64,000 nt of DNA from Macrostomum hystrix (GCA_950097015.1 CATNEN010000003.1:5642001-5706000), one strand, 5' to 3'. Shown: positions 47,901 to 61,333, counted from the stretch's first letter. The notes: generated from the sequence alone by a model not told the origin. Program-made: numbers and translations.

Positions 47901-50900
47901 CAGTCAGCTGGCGAAGTATGTCTTCGTCCATGGTCAGCGGGATGTCGTTGTAGGCTTGACCCTCGGCTGACAGGTAGCTATCGATTGAGTCGTAGCGACT
48001 CTTGGCGATGCGAAAACGGTTGCACTGCAGGGGCTGCGGGAACAATAATCAGAACTATGATTCCCGAAGCAACGAGAAATTACCCTAGCAACGAGAAATT
48101 ACTCTAGCAACGATAAATAACCGATAAAAAAATAGTGTAGAAACGGATTTCTACGTTTTAATTTCTATCGTTAGTACCCAAACAATAAACTACCCTAGCA
48201 ACGATAAAAAACCGTAGCAACGATAAAGTACCCTAGCAACGATAAACAACCCTAGCAACGAAAAATTTTCTTAGCAACGATGGTTTACCGTAGCAACGAT
48301 AAAATACCCTAGCAACTATAAACTACCCTAGCAACGATAAACTACCCTAGCAACGACAAAGTACCCTAGCAACGATAAACTAACGTAACATCTATAAACT
48401 ACCGTGGCAACGATAAACTACCATGGATACGATAAACTACACTAGAAACATTAAACTACCCTAGCAACGATAAACTACCCTAGCAATGATAAACTACCCT
48501 AGCAACGATAAACTACCCTAGCAACGACAAAGTACCCTAGCAACGATAAACTAACGTAACATCTATAAACTACCGTGGCAACGATAAACTACCATGGATA
48601 CGATAAACTACACTAGAAACATTAAACTACCGTAGTAACGATAAACTACCGTAGCAACGATAAACTACCCTAGCAACGACAAAGTACCCTAGCAACGATA
48701 AACTAACGTAACATCTATAAACTACCGTGGCAACGATAAACTACCATGGATACGATAAACTACACTAGAAACATTAAACTACCATAGTAACGATAAACTA
48801 CCGTAGCAACGATAAACTACCCTAGCAACGACAAAGTACCCTAGCAACGATAAACTAACGTAACATCTATAAACTACCGTGGCAACGATAAACTACCATG
48901 GATACGATAAACTACACTAGAAACATTAAACTACCGTAGCAACGATAAACTACCCTAGCAATGATAAAATGCCGTAGCAACGATAAACAACCCTCGCAAC
49001 GAGAAATTACCCTAGCAACGAGAAATTACTCTAGCAATGATAAATAACCGATAAAAAAATAGTGTAGAAACGGATTTCTACGTTTTAATTTCTATTGTTA
49101 GTACCCAAACAATAAACTACCCTAGCAACGATAAAAAACCGTAGCAATGATAAAGTACCCTAGCAACGATAAACAACCCTAGCAACGAAAAATTTTCTTA
49201 GCAACGATGGTTTACCGTAGCAACGATAAAATACCCTAGCAACTATAAACTACCCTAGCAACGATAAACTACCATGGATACGATAAACTACACTAGAAAC
49301 ATTAAACTACCGTAGTAACGATAAACTACCGTAGCAACGATAAACTACCCTAGCAACGACAATGTACCCTAGCAACGATAAACTAACGTAACATCTATAA
49401 ACTACCGTGGCAACGATAAACTACCATGGATACGATAAACTACACTAGAAACATTAAACTACCGTAGCAACGATAAACTACCCTAGCAACGATAAACTAC
49501 CCTAGCAACGACAAAGTACCCTAGCAACGATAAACTACCATGGATACGATAAACTACACTAGAAACATTAAACTACCGTAGCAACGATAAACTACCCTAG
49601 CAACGATAAACTACTCTAGCAACGACAAAGTACCCTAGCAACGATAAACTAACGTAACATCTATAAACTACCGTGGCAACGATAAACTACCATGGATACG
49701 ATAAACTACACTAGAAACATTAAACTACCATAGCAACGATAAACTACCCTAGCAATGATAAAATGCCGTAGCAACGATAAACAACCCTCGCAACGAGAAA
49801 TTTCCTTAGCAACGATGGTTTACCGTAGCAACAATAAACACTGACCCAGTGTGTGGCCCAGTGAGTGTGTGCGTCAGAACGTACTAATGATAAATTACCA
49901 TAGCAACGATAAATACCATAGCAACGATAAACTACCATAGCAACAAAAAACTACCGTGGTAACCTTAACGCCCTAACGATGAATGCCGATTGGAGCAAAG
50001 CTAAACCTGCCGGTAAAAATTTATTCCATAAACATTTTTCATCCAATAAATTTATTATCCTTTAAAATGAGCTATTAGCAACCAGATTATACCCATAGCA
50101 ACGCACCTTCAGGCCTAGCTCCTCATCCGTGCGGCAATCAACGGCGCCGCTGATGACTCGCCAGCGAGTGTCAGTGTCGGCCAGCCATCCTCTATGTACC
50201 GGACTGGCTGCACTCAGAGCCAGAAGCACTGGGCTTAGCGGAGTGAGCTGGTCGTACAGCAGGTAGGCCTCGGAGATGCTGCAGGCCTGGAAGGTCATCT
50301 GCAGACAGCAGCAGCCCATGCCGAAACCCATGGCGTCCATGTAGATGTGGCCAGGCAGGGCTGCCTGAGTGTGCTCAGTTGGCGGTTCTAGCAGGCCCTC
50401 CGGCGTGTTGACGTCGCGATAGACGGGAATGTTGATGGCGACCTTCTTGCTGCGGCGTTCGCGTATGTTGCGAGTTAAGGTCCTGCGAAAGGAGGGCGTT
50501 GCAAAGGGGAGGCAGTGAGTGCGTGGGTCAGTGAGTGTGTGGGTCAGTGAGTGTGTGGGTCAGTGTGTGTGTGGGTCAGTGAGTGTGTGGGTCAGTGAGT
50601 GTGTGGGTCAGTGAGTGTGTGGGTCAGTTAGTGTGTTGGTCAGTGAGTGTGTGGGTCAGTGAGTGTGCGGGTCAGTGAGTGTGTGGGTCAGTGAGTGTGT
50701 GGGTCAGTGAGTGTGTGGGTCAGTGAGTGTGTGGGTCAGTTAGTGTGTGGGTCAGTGAGTGTGTGGGTCAGTGAGTGTGCGGGTCAGTGAGTGTGTGGGT
50801 CAGTTAGTGTGTGGGTCAGTGAGTGTGTGGGTCAGTGAGTGTGTGGGTCAGTGAGTGTGTGGGTCAGTGAGTGTGTGGGTCAGTGAGTGTGTGGGTCAGT

Positions 50901-53900
50901 GAGTGTGTGGGTCAGTGAGTGTGTGGGTCAGTGAGTGTGTGGGTCAGTGAGTGTGTGGTCAGTTAGTGTGTGGTCAGTGAGTGTGTGGGTCAGTGAGTGT
51001 GTGGGTCAGTTAGTGTGTGGGTCAGTGAGTGAGTGGGTCAGTTAGTGTGTGGGTCAGTGAGTGTGTGGGTCAGTGAGTGTGTGGGTCAGTGAGTGTGTGG
51101 TTCAGGTAGTTTGTGGGTCAGTGAGTGTGTGGGTCAGTGAGTGTGTGGGTCAGTGAGTGTGTGGGTCAGTGAGTGTGTGGGTCAGTTAGTGTGTGGGTCA
51201 GTGAGTGTGTGGGTCAGTGAGTGTGTGGGTCAGTTAGTGTGTGGATCAGTGAGTGTGTGGGTCAGTGAGTGTGTGGGTCAGTTAGTGTGTGGGTCAGTGA
51301 GTGTGTGGGTCAGTGAGTGTGTGGGTCAGTGAGTGTGTGGGTCAGTGAGTGTGTGGGTCAGTGAGTGTGTGGGTCAGTGAGTGTGTGGGTCAGTGAGTGT
51401 GTGGGTCAGTGAGTGTGTGGGTCAGTGAGTGTGTGGGTCAGTGAGTGTGTGGGTCAGTGAGTGTGTGGGTCAGTGAGTGTGTGGGTCAGTTAGTGTGTGG
51501 GTCAGTTAGTGTGTGGGTCAGTGAGTGAGTGGGTCAGTTAGTGTGTGGGTCAGTGAGTGTGTGGGTCAGTGAGTGTGTGGGTCAGTGAATGTGTGGGTCA
51601 GTGAGTGTGTGGGTCAGTGAGTGTGTGGGTCAGTGAGTGTGTGGTCAGTTAGTGTGTGGTCAGTGAGTGTGTGGGTCAGTGAGTGTGTGGGTCAGTTAGT
51701 GTGTGGGTCAGTGAGTGAGTGGGTCAGTTAGTGTGTGGGTCAGTGAGTGTGTGGGTCAGTGAGTGTGTGGGTCAGTGAGTGTGTGGTTCAGGTAGTTTGT
51801 GGGTCAGTGAGTGTGTGGGTCAGTGAGTGTGTGGGTCAGTGAGTGTGTGGGTCAGTGAGTGTGTGGGTCAGTGAGTGTGTGGGTCAGTGAGTGTGTGGGT
51901 CAGTTAGTGTGTGGGTCAGTGAGTGTGTGGGTCAGTGAGTGTGTGGGTCAGTTAGTGTGTGGATCAGTGAGTGTGTGGGTCAGTGAGTGTGTGGGTCAGT
52001 TAGTGTGTGGGTCAGTGAGTGTGTGGGTCAGTGAGTGTGTGGGTCAGTGAGTGTGTGGGTCAGTGAGTGTGTGGGTCAGTGAGTGTGTGGGTCAGTGAGT
52101 GTGTGGGTCAGTGAGTGTGTGGGTCAGTTAGTGTGTGGGTCAGTGAGTGAGTGGGTCAGTTAGTGTGTGGGTCAGTGAGTGTGTGGGTCAGTGAGTGTGT
52201 GGGTCAGTGAGTGTGTGGGTCAGTGAATGTGTGGGTCAGTGAGTGTGTGGGTCAGTGAGTGTGTGGGTCAGTTAGTGTGTGGGTCAGTGAGTGTGTGGGT
52301 CAGTGAGTGTGTGGGTCAGTGAGTGTGTGGGTCAGTGAATGTGTGGGTCAGTGAGTGTGTGGGTCAGTGAGTGTGTGGGTCAGTGAGTGTGTGGGTCATT
52401 GAGTGTGTGGGTCAGTGAGTGTGTGGGTCAGAGTCAAGGACACAAATTGCTATTATTGGGTTCAGTATTGAACACCCGACGTCATGATCAACAATAAATT
52501 ATTAATAGGCTTTAAATACTTTTGTTATATCGTTGAGCGCAGAAACAGCACACTATTCATGAATGATAATCTAAATTCCAATGAATGTTAAAGAATTTCT
52601 ACAAGTTGAAAAATACTAAGATAAAAGAAGATACAGATAAGAAATGCAAACACACACCACACAGAGGCATTAAGCAGCGCTATATTAGACTGTCAAGTCT
52701 CTAAATTGCATTCAAAGCAGTTTTCAGTACTAGTCGAACTGCACTAGAGATCCACGCAAACGACCAACGTAGCGAATACGTTTTTAAAAGCAGACGTACA
52801 AAATGTATTTGTAGAGAAGAGAACCCCCGACAGCCAACAAAGAACGAACTTTTTTCTTCACTGTTTATCATTCAGATGAACATTTTCTTTAAACCAACAT
52901 ATTTCATATCATCAATATAACGCTAGGCTAGAAATTACCAAAACCTTTTTCAGTAATTTTTTGTCTTCAACGTTAGCTCCTCAAAGAAGAAAGCAGAATT
53001 CTGCCAAAGCAATTTGTTTACACAGCAAGCGCTGACTTTTATGCTCAAGACATATCTAGTTTACTTCAGTGCAATAGTGAAAAGTCCGTGTTCTTTGTCA
53101 TTTTTATTACTAGCATTTCATTAAGTATGTCCACAGCTCATTTCCACCATTATCCATGACAATCTAAATGACATTATCCATGACAGTCTAAATGACATTA
53201 TCCAAGACAGTCCAAATGACATTATCCATGACAGTCTAAATGGCATTATCCATGACAGTCTAAATGGCATTATCCATGACAGTCTAAATGACATTATCCA
53301 TGACAGTCTAAATGACATTATCCATGACAGTCTAAATGACATTATCCATGACAATCTAAATGAAATTATCCATGACAGTCTAAATGACATTATCCATGAC
53401 AGTCTAAATGACATTATCCATGACAGTCTAAATGACATTATCAATGACAGTCTAAATGGCATTATCCATGACAGTCTAAATGACATTATCCATGACAATC
53501 TAAATGAAATTATCCATGACAGTCTAAATGACATTATCCATGACAGTCTAAATGACATTATCCATGACAGTCTAAATGAAATTATCAATGACAGTCTAAT
53601 TTCTATGACGGTTTAAATCACATCTATGACGGTCTTAATCACATCTATGACTGTCTTAATCATATCTATGACAGTCTAAATCACATCTATGACTGTCTTA
53701 ATCATATCTATGACAGTCTAAATCACATCTATGACTGTCTTAATCATATCTATGACAGTCTAAATCACATCCATGACAGTCTAAATCACATATATGACTG
53801 TCTTAATCACATCTATGACAGTCTTAATCATATCTATGACAGTCTAAATCACATCTATGACTGTCATAATCACATCTATGACAGTCTAAATCACATCTAT

Positions 53901-54620
53901 GACTGTCTTAATCACATCTATGACAGTCTAAATCACATCTATGACTGTCTTAATCACATCTATGACAGTCTAAATCACATCTATGACTGTCTTAATCACA
54001 TCTATACCGTTCAAGAGGACATTACTTAAGAAACGGGCTCACTTGAATCTGGGGTGACCCTGATATATGATGGCATCAGGCAGGTAGGCACTACATGAGA
54101 CGCCAGCATCAGGTGTAGGTTCAGCTGGTGGAAAGCAGAATTCCGGACAGCCAAGCCTAGGAAAAGCGGTCAGAGTCAAAGCGTAGGTGTCTGGCGGCAA
54201 TAAGCTCTGTATCTGGGCACGACGTTTGCGCATATTAGCCTCAACCAGATTAAGGTGAGCCAATAGATGGCCATAGGGTTCACCCGGTACACCTTCAACC
54301 ATGTAGGAGGCGTACTCCGGACGCCACAAAGTGGAAGCTTTGCCAGCGTTTTCGATCTCTTCTCGCTGCAGTTCCGGCAGAAGAGAATCCGCTGCCAAGC
54401 TCAGCTGAGCAGTGAATTGAGGCTTCGACTCCTGGCCAGACTGGGTCAGACGAACCAGCTGATATTCCACTTCGTCGCCCCATTTCAAAGAATCTTTGGT
54501 TCGATTTTTTAGCCTGCGATAAAGGCTAATAAATTGGCGAATGCCGTGCTGCCTGACATGCTCGCAGTATTTCTGCGTCTCAGACCACGTTAGCGGAGTA
54601 CCTTCAGAGAGTAGGCCCAT
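41905..54620 (-). CDS. GCLC: Glutamate-cysteine ligase catalytic subunit; exons 54620-54043, 50482-50107, 48033-47584, 43753-43483, 42152-41905
   Basis: [94 protein letters not shown] and [14 protein letters not shown]. Confidence 0.98.
42157..43460. repeat. Three adjacent minisatellites (12, 22 and 31 bp) in GCLC intron 4
   Basis: Units ACAGACAGGTGG; GATAGATAGGCGAACAGGTAGA; GGGGTGATACAATGGGAGAAAGGGGAAGTGA. Confidence 0.92.
43934..47530. repeat. 15-bp minisatellite (3.6 kb) in GCLC intron 3
   Basis: Unit ATGA[G/T]ACAGACAGG[T/C]. Confidence 0.98.
48065..49950. repeat. 20-bp minisatellite with higher-order blocks in GCLC intron 2
   Basis: Unit TAGCAACGATAAACTACCC and variants. Confidence 0.95.
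50514..52430. repeat. 16-bp minisatellite in GCLC intron 1
   Basis: Unit GGGTCAGTGAGTGTGT. Confidence 0.97.
53147..54005. repeat. About 20-21-bp minisatellite in GCLC intron 1
   Basis: CCATGACAGTCTAAATGACATTAT-type units followed by CTATGACAGTCTAAATCACAT-type units. Confidence 0.92.
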
Positions 54621-54837
54621 GCTGGTTTAGTGCGATGCTTACTATCAACCTTCCATGATTGTCATTGTGCGTTTTTGGAAAGGAAAGTTGTTTAACACTT
54701 TAATATTTGCAAATAATCATTACACAATAATTACATTCACTTATTTATTATCTTTGGCTGAAGTCAGCAAACACTGGCCCAAGACACCTAAAATATCCTG
54801 TTTTATCTTTCCACTGTCTTATCTCTCCCATAGGGTA

Positions 54838-57282
54838 ATGTATCATCAACCAAACAAGAATGTGTATTTTTTTTACTTCAAACCTAAGCTACCAATTTTC
54901 TATTTAAGATATGATGATAAATCAAAAGCCAAGTTATAGAAAACAGTTACATCTTTCTAAAAAGTATCTGCTTTTGCTATTTTGTCAGATAGAAAAAAAG
55001 TTATTCCTGCTTTTTTATCTAAAACCGAACAATGATTTTCATGTACCTTCAAACCAAACAGAGAATTTGATGTTTGGTTTTAAAATTTGAGTGAGTGGTT
55101 TAATCTTATTTTAAGGAGTGGACTATCATGAATTATGTCATTTGAAAGCATTTTTCATGCTCTATAAATAACTACATAATTTGTGGTCATTTAATTGGCA
55201 GGCAACCACATACAATCTTTGTCTAAAGTACATACTGAAAAAATGTTGTTAAAAAGTATGCTTTTGCAATAAAAATTTCTACTGAAACATCAATATCTTT
55301 CTTTCCTCTTAATGCTTCATTGCACATCATGCCTCAGCTTGTAGATAATTTCTTCAACTTTCAAATTAGTTGTTCTGTGAAACACAATAGCTTGTTTCTG
55401 TCTTGCACGAGACCAAGGAACGAGTCAATATTATTGTTCAGTTTTGAAGATACACTGTTCGGTTGATGATACATTACCCTATCTTCCTCTCTCTACAGTC
55501 TCATCAATCCCATGTCTCATCTCTCCTGTGTTTTATCTCCCACTGTCATCTGTTCTCTGCCTAATCTCCAAATTGTCTCATATTTCTATAATCAATGCAG
55601 CCCACTGTCATATTTTAGGTCCTTTCTTTGGCCTGCTAGAAAATAGGATTGCCAACCTCTGATCTAAGGGGTGAGTGCCAAAGCAGTCACTGTATTTGCT
55701 TCTCGCACCAAGGTCCCTGAGCTTGATGGTGAGGCTAAAATTTCTTTTGTTCCAAGCTGCAGAGAAAGGGCCTGGGGTCTTGCTGTGCAATTTAAAAGTA
55801 TGTACAGTGTATACACAGTATTTGTATTCCTGTGTTCTCAGGAGTCAGTGGAAAGGGCAGAATTCATAGGTCTATCTCACTGACATAGGTCTACTGTCAC
55901 TAATTAATAAACAGGTGCACACAACCCTCTTGAAAGTAAAATAATATAAGTTAGGTAATATAAGAGGTTAGCACAGGATATATCGCAAAAAGGCATACTT
56001 TTAACTATGTTTCAAAATTGTAAAAAATCTGTAATCTTCACGAATTTAAGACCATGAACAATCTACAAAAACAAAAATTTAAAGAAATAAGTATTGTTTA
56101 TTGTCAATTATTAAAACAAAATAGCTAACAAAAAAGCCAACTTTTTCTTCAAATGTAAGTTATACATAATATTTCTCTATTTAGGCCTATTAAAGCAACA
56201 TAAATATAATATAGATAAACTAAATAGTGTAAAATTTAATTGAAACTACTTTATAAGTTAAAAGTAATGAATAATAGAAAGTTTTTTAATGAATAAAGAT
56301 AGATTTGTTATAATGAAAAGACAAATGATAATGCTTTTAATACATGAGTCATAAGTAAAAGAAGAAAATAACTATTGTTTTTGTATCTGTAATATAGACA
56401 AAAATAAAAGAACATTCATATTTATTCCCTAGAAAGTTGTTAAACTGAAATCATTTGTAATATATGTAAAGACTTAAAACTGAAATACAAAGAGACAAAA
56501 AATTTGATATACTGAGGCTAGGCCTACCAGATTACTTAGATTCAAAGATAATTGCTACTATACTAATTACAAAGACAGAAAATATATGTATTGTACGAGC
56601 AGCAATATATTATAACAAGCCTATAATCTATAATCTATGTATCATCAACCAAACAAGAATATGTATTTTTTTTACTTCAAACCTAAGCTACCAATTTTCT
56701 ATTTAAGATATGATGATAAATCAAAAGCCAAGTTATAGAAAACAGTTACATCTTTCTAAAAAGTATCTGCTTTTGCTATTTTGTAAAATAGAAAAAGTTA
56801 GGGCCTATTCCTGCTTTTTATCTAAAACTGAACAATGATTTTCATATATCTTCAAACCAAACAGAGAATTTGATGTTTGGCTTTACAATTTGAGTGAGTG
56901 GTTTAATCTTATTTTAAGGAGTGAACTATCATGAATTATGTCATTTGAAAGCATTTTTCATGCTCTATAAATAACTACATTTATGGTCATTTAATTGGCA
57001 AGCAACCATATACAATCTTTGTCTAAAGTACATACTGAAAAAATGTTGTTAAAAAGTATGCTTTTGCAAAAAAAATTCTACTGAAACATCAATATCTTTC
57101 TTTCTTCTTAATGCTTCATTGCACATCATGCCTCAGCTTGTAGATAATTTCTTCAACATTCAAATTAGTTGTTCTGCGAAACACAATAGCTTGTTTCTGT
57201 CTTGCACGAGACCAAGGAAGGAGTCAAAATTCTTGTTTGGTTTTGAAGATACACTGTTTGGTTGATGATACATTACCCTATT
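54838..57282. repeat. About 645-bp direct duplication (54838-55482 and 56637-57282)
   Basis: Near-identical sequence from ATGTATCATCAACCAAACAAG to GATGATACATTACCCTAT. Confidence 0.92.
55483..55661 (+). mobile_element. Decayed hAT MITE fragment (3' end)
   Basis: Homologous to 19260-19369; ends TTGCCAACCTCTG|ATCTAAGG. Confidence 0.7.
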
Positions 57283-59446
57283 ATATAACAACTTTGATGA
57301 CATCAGTGAATACAGACATACAGTTAGGCCTACCACATAAAAATTAGGTCTCTAACAACTTTAGGCCTAGTAACTTGGATAAAAATGTCATATTAAAGAA
57401 AGACCTAAAACATAGAGAATATCAATTGGAAAAAGTAGACAAATGGCATCCAACCACCCATAGCATTTTAAGAATTTATTGGGGTTGCATTGTGGTGGAG
57501 TCAAGTCAAGGCAGGTAGGCCTAGGTGGTGTTGCATTGCACAATGGCTCAGTGCAGTGTAGCTAAAGTGCTGATGCTGAATAACCTTTTGGGGTCGACAC
57601 TTAGGATGAAGGTTAACATATACTTGTGTTGCATCACATTTTAGCTACAATTTTAGACCCTGTGTTAGGCATCTGCAGGTATTCTAAACTATATCTATCA
57701 TCAATAAATAGATACTATAGGGTAGGCTAACATATGTATTCATTGAATTGATAATATTAGACAAATAAATTAAGTGAAACAAAAAATAATTTGTTAAAGA
57801 GATCTTGTGACCATAACCCACACTACTATAGGATTGAAAAACTTGATTGAATGAAATATAAGCTTCATTTTCTAAGAAAAAATAGTGCAAATTATAGGCC
57901 TACCCATTAACATTTCATATCAATCAAAAAGATCGATAAAACTGAGCAGCCATACAGAATTAATTTTAAGACAAAATATGCTATTGCTGAATTGAATTTG
58001 ACGTTAAAATTACTCGACGTACGTTGTTTTTAGGTTGAACATTTTAAAGAACCGACACAAGCTCACCAAGGACCACTAGAAGAAGAATCTTCCTTGGTCC
58101 TTGGCTAGCACACACAAAAACGTGAATGCAGGACTTAAAGTACTTAGGTCTTTTTAAGTGCATAAAAATGCTGTATTTATTTAATAAGCACCTACTAAAA
58201 ACCATTTTTAAGTGAGTTTTTGTTATATAAAATGGATCTGTACTGGTCAGAGTAAGCGGTACTTTTTGTGCTTGTTTAAATTGAAACGGGAAAAACTGAA
58301 AAAAGTAATTCCAGATTTAGTCAGCACCTCAGAATATTACGTAGTTAAGTTCGTAGCACCAATGTAATCAATTAATATTACTAAACAATGAAGCTCAGCC
58401 ATTATTTTGCGACTAGACGCTTAAAATTAATGCATAGTGCTTAGGCTTCCGAAAAAGTTATGCTCACACTATTAAATTCTTCCATTCAAACTGCGCCAAC
58501 GTTTAAATATTAGAATTTAAATTTTAAGTAACGTTATTATCATTCATATAGCACGTGCGACCAAGACCCGGCGTATTTATGAGGTGGCAGCGGCCAATCG
58601 ACTCAGCCTGAACGATCAGAAGCGCGTCACCATGCCCGAAGAGCTTAACTTCACATATTTGATGTCATCCAATACGTTTTGCCTGCCTGGCTGTACCCAC
58701 GTTGCCCGCGAATAATGCGATCTGTTGGGCGCTGATGTTGGGGTCGTGGCGGTTGCCCCCACCCTGGCCAAGCGGACTTGCAGCCTCTCAAAAATTACAC
58801 CGTTCCTGTATATGGCGGCCATTGACCGTCACGAGTCCTTGTCGCTGCTGCGCGAGTCGCTCGGCCATTCACACAGACATGAGCTGCGTACAGGACCCGC
58901 CGCCTTTCTTTGCGCTGGCCTACTTTTGAATTGACTTTGCGCTGCGAGAAGCCGCGGAACGAAACGAACACTTACGTAAGCCCATATGAAGTACCACTGT
59001 CGTATAAATGAACTGTCCTTGCGTCCGCCTTCAAGATATTGCATTGCTGTAGAGCACGCTGAACTCGCCGACCAAATCTGCCTAGGCGCCCCCTGATCAT
59101 GTTCTACCAGCTATCCGCGCCGCGGGATCGAACCAGACGGATCTGAGCGAGCCAGAGTACATCTACACCCCCAGTGCTGCTCCTCGGCCTCCGAGGAGCC
59201 GGGACTCGTCTATCGGACATCGAGCTGCCCAAAGCCATCGGAAGCTAATGGAGTCTGCGTGGAGTGCGCTGTTTTGCTACCGTGGCATCGGGTGCCATCG
59301 CAGGCACAACGAGCTGAACGCCGGAATCTTGCTGGGCGAGGCAGCTTAACCTGCGGCCCTCGGCTGGTCGGCCTGACAGGACTGATTCGTTAGAATATTT
59401 CAGGTCTAAACTAGTTTTTAAAAAATCTCTCTTATTTTCTCCGTTT

Positions 59447-59790
59447 CCACAAGGCTTTCCACAACCTCCACAAGGCTACAACCTCCCTACAAGGCTACAA
59501 CCTCCCTACAAGGCTTCAACCTCCACAAGGCTACAACCTCCCTACAAGGCTACAACCTCCCTACAAGGCTACAACCTCCACAAGGCCTCAACCTCTACAA
59601 GGCTACAACCTCCCTACAAGGCTTCAACCTCTACAAGGCTACAACCTCCCTACAAGGCTTCAACCTCCACAAGGCTAGAACCTACCACAAGGCTACAATC
59701 TCCACAAGGCTACAACCTTCCACAAGGCTACAACTTACCACAAGGCTGTACAACCTCCCACAAGGCTACAACCTACCACAAGGTTGTACG
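59447..59790. repeat. 17-19-bp minisatellite
   Basis: Unit ACAAGGCTACAACCTCCCT. Confidence 0.92.
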
Positions 59791-60106
59791 ACCTCCCTGC
59801 CCTACGTAAATTTAGCACAATCTTAATTGATAGTTACGTTTATACACAGATCAAAGATTACATATCTAAATAGAAAATATAATATCTATGGCACAGATAA
59901 TATTTAGCATATAGTACTTTAAAGAGATTATGTACGAGTATACAAATATACTAATCATTTGTCTATGTGAAAATTTATACGAGTTCCATCGTGCAAGTAA
60001 AAAATGGAACAGAAACAAGAAAACAGAAATATAGTTATACTTTTATATAGCCTGATGCTAGTTTCCAAGTGGCTGCACATCCACGCTTATTGATAGTTCG
60101 ACGAAT

Positions 60107-61333
60107 ATGGTTTCGACCCCTATTACTGTTTTGATTTTGTTCGCCGCGATAGTCCTGTCCATAACCAATATCCGTTCCGCCTTGTCGTGCAGCTTTGACA
60201 ACAGCGATGTGGAACATTATCTCACAGATTTCGACACAGCTTGCTTCTTATTTTTTAACATTTACGATTGTCGTTACTTCGTCAACAAGATTTCTGTTTA
60301 TTTCGATCAGCAAAAAATAAATACGTAAGTTACGCTCGTAACAGTAGAACTACCATGGGGCGGAATCCCCCCCCCTCGTGACAATTTGGTGTTGCACCCG
60401 AACGGAGCAACGCAAGCACACGAAACTCAAGAACACGGGCCAACTTTTTGTTGCGCATCTTCTGAAACAATAATCAAGTCGCCAGCTCTTCAGACCGTCG
60501 AGATTTTTTATGGTTCTGGCCGAAGGTCAGATTTTTCCTAAATCGCTAGTGTATTTCGTATACCACGAATTAGCACTGCGCCTCAGTGCCGCCTTGTCAG
60601 GCCTTCAAAATTGATCAACAAGTCACCTGAATGTGCCTACATCATTTCCGTCTTCGGTGGTCACCTATAATTTATCTAGACGGACTGCTAAACCTTCAAG
60701 GGCTACAACAGGTGGAACTAGGCCATAAGGGACACCCCGATGCGAACTTCTCCAATTTGAGTGATCAAGCCTAAACTTATATTCATGGCAGCTCAACCAC
60801 AGGACACCCTCACTAAGTTTGTCAACCAATCAGTCACCACCCAACGCTGCTAGCATCCAGGCGCTGCCAAAAAAAATTTCAGGCGGGTATAAAATTCCCC
60901 CCTCTTGGTATAAAAACGGGCGGCAAAATGGGTTGGTAGTCCGAGGGGATGATCAGTTTCTTGTAGTTTTTGTAAAAAATGAGCATGAACTACGGGCGTA
61001 TTTTAAATTCTCTGCCCTAATTTCAGGATCATGAAGGTGCATTTTCCCTTCTTTTCTCATCGAATATTCATTGCTTCTCGAGACAAACTACTGAAAAGCT
61101 GCAAAACCGGTTCCTGGGACCACTCAGAGTTGAAGCCGAGTTCCTGCCGATGCGGTTCTAGGTACAATATGCTCAATTCACCTCTGATTCTCAAAAACTT
61201 ATGGCCGCCCGATTTGGACCATTTGTCTCCTAAACAAATTAACATTATTTACTTTGAGCTTTGCTACTACTTGGCGTTGAGGCACTATGCTGTCCTGATT
61301 AACAATGCCAATACTGGCGAAGCATTCTGCTAG
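60107..61333 (+). CDS. Small putatively secreted Cys-containing protein; exons 60107-60324 and 61027 onward (3' end uncertain)
   Basis: Signal-peptide-like MVSTPITVLILFAAIVLSITNIRSA. The donor AC|gtaagt and acceptor tttcag|G join ORFs 60107 and 61031 in frame. Confidence 0.5.
60342..60944 (+). mobile_element. CAGTAG element, copy D (no MITE insertion)
   Basis: Homologous to 1821-3227 without the 816-bp MITE. Confidence 0.78.
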
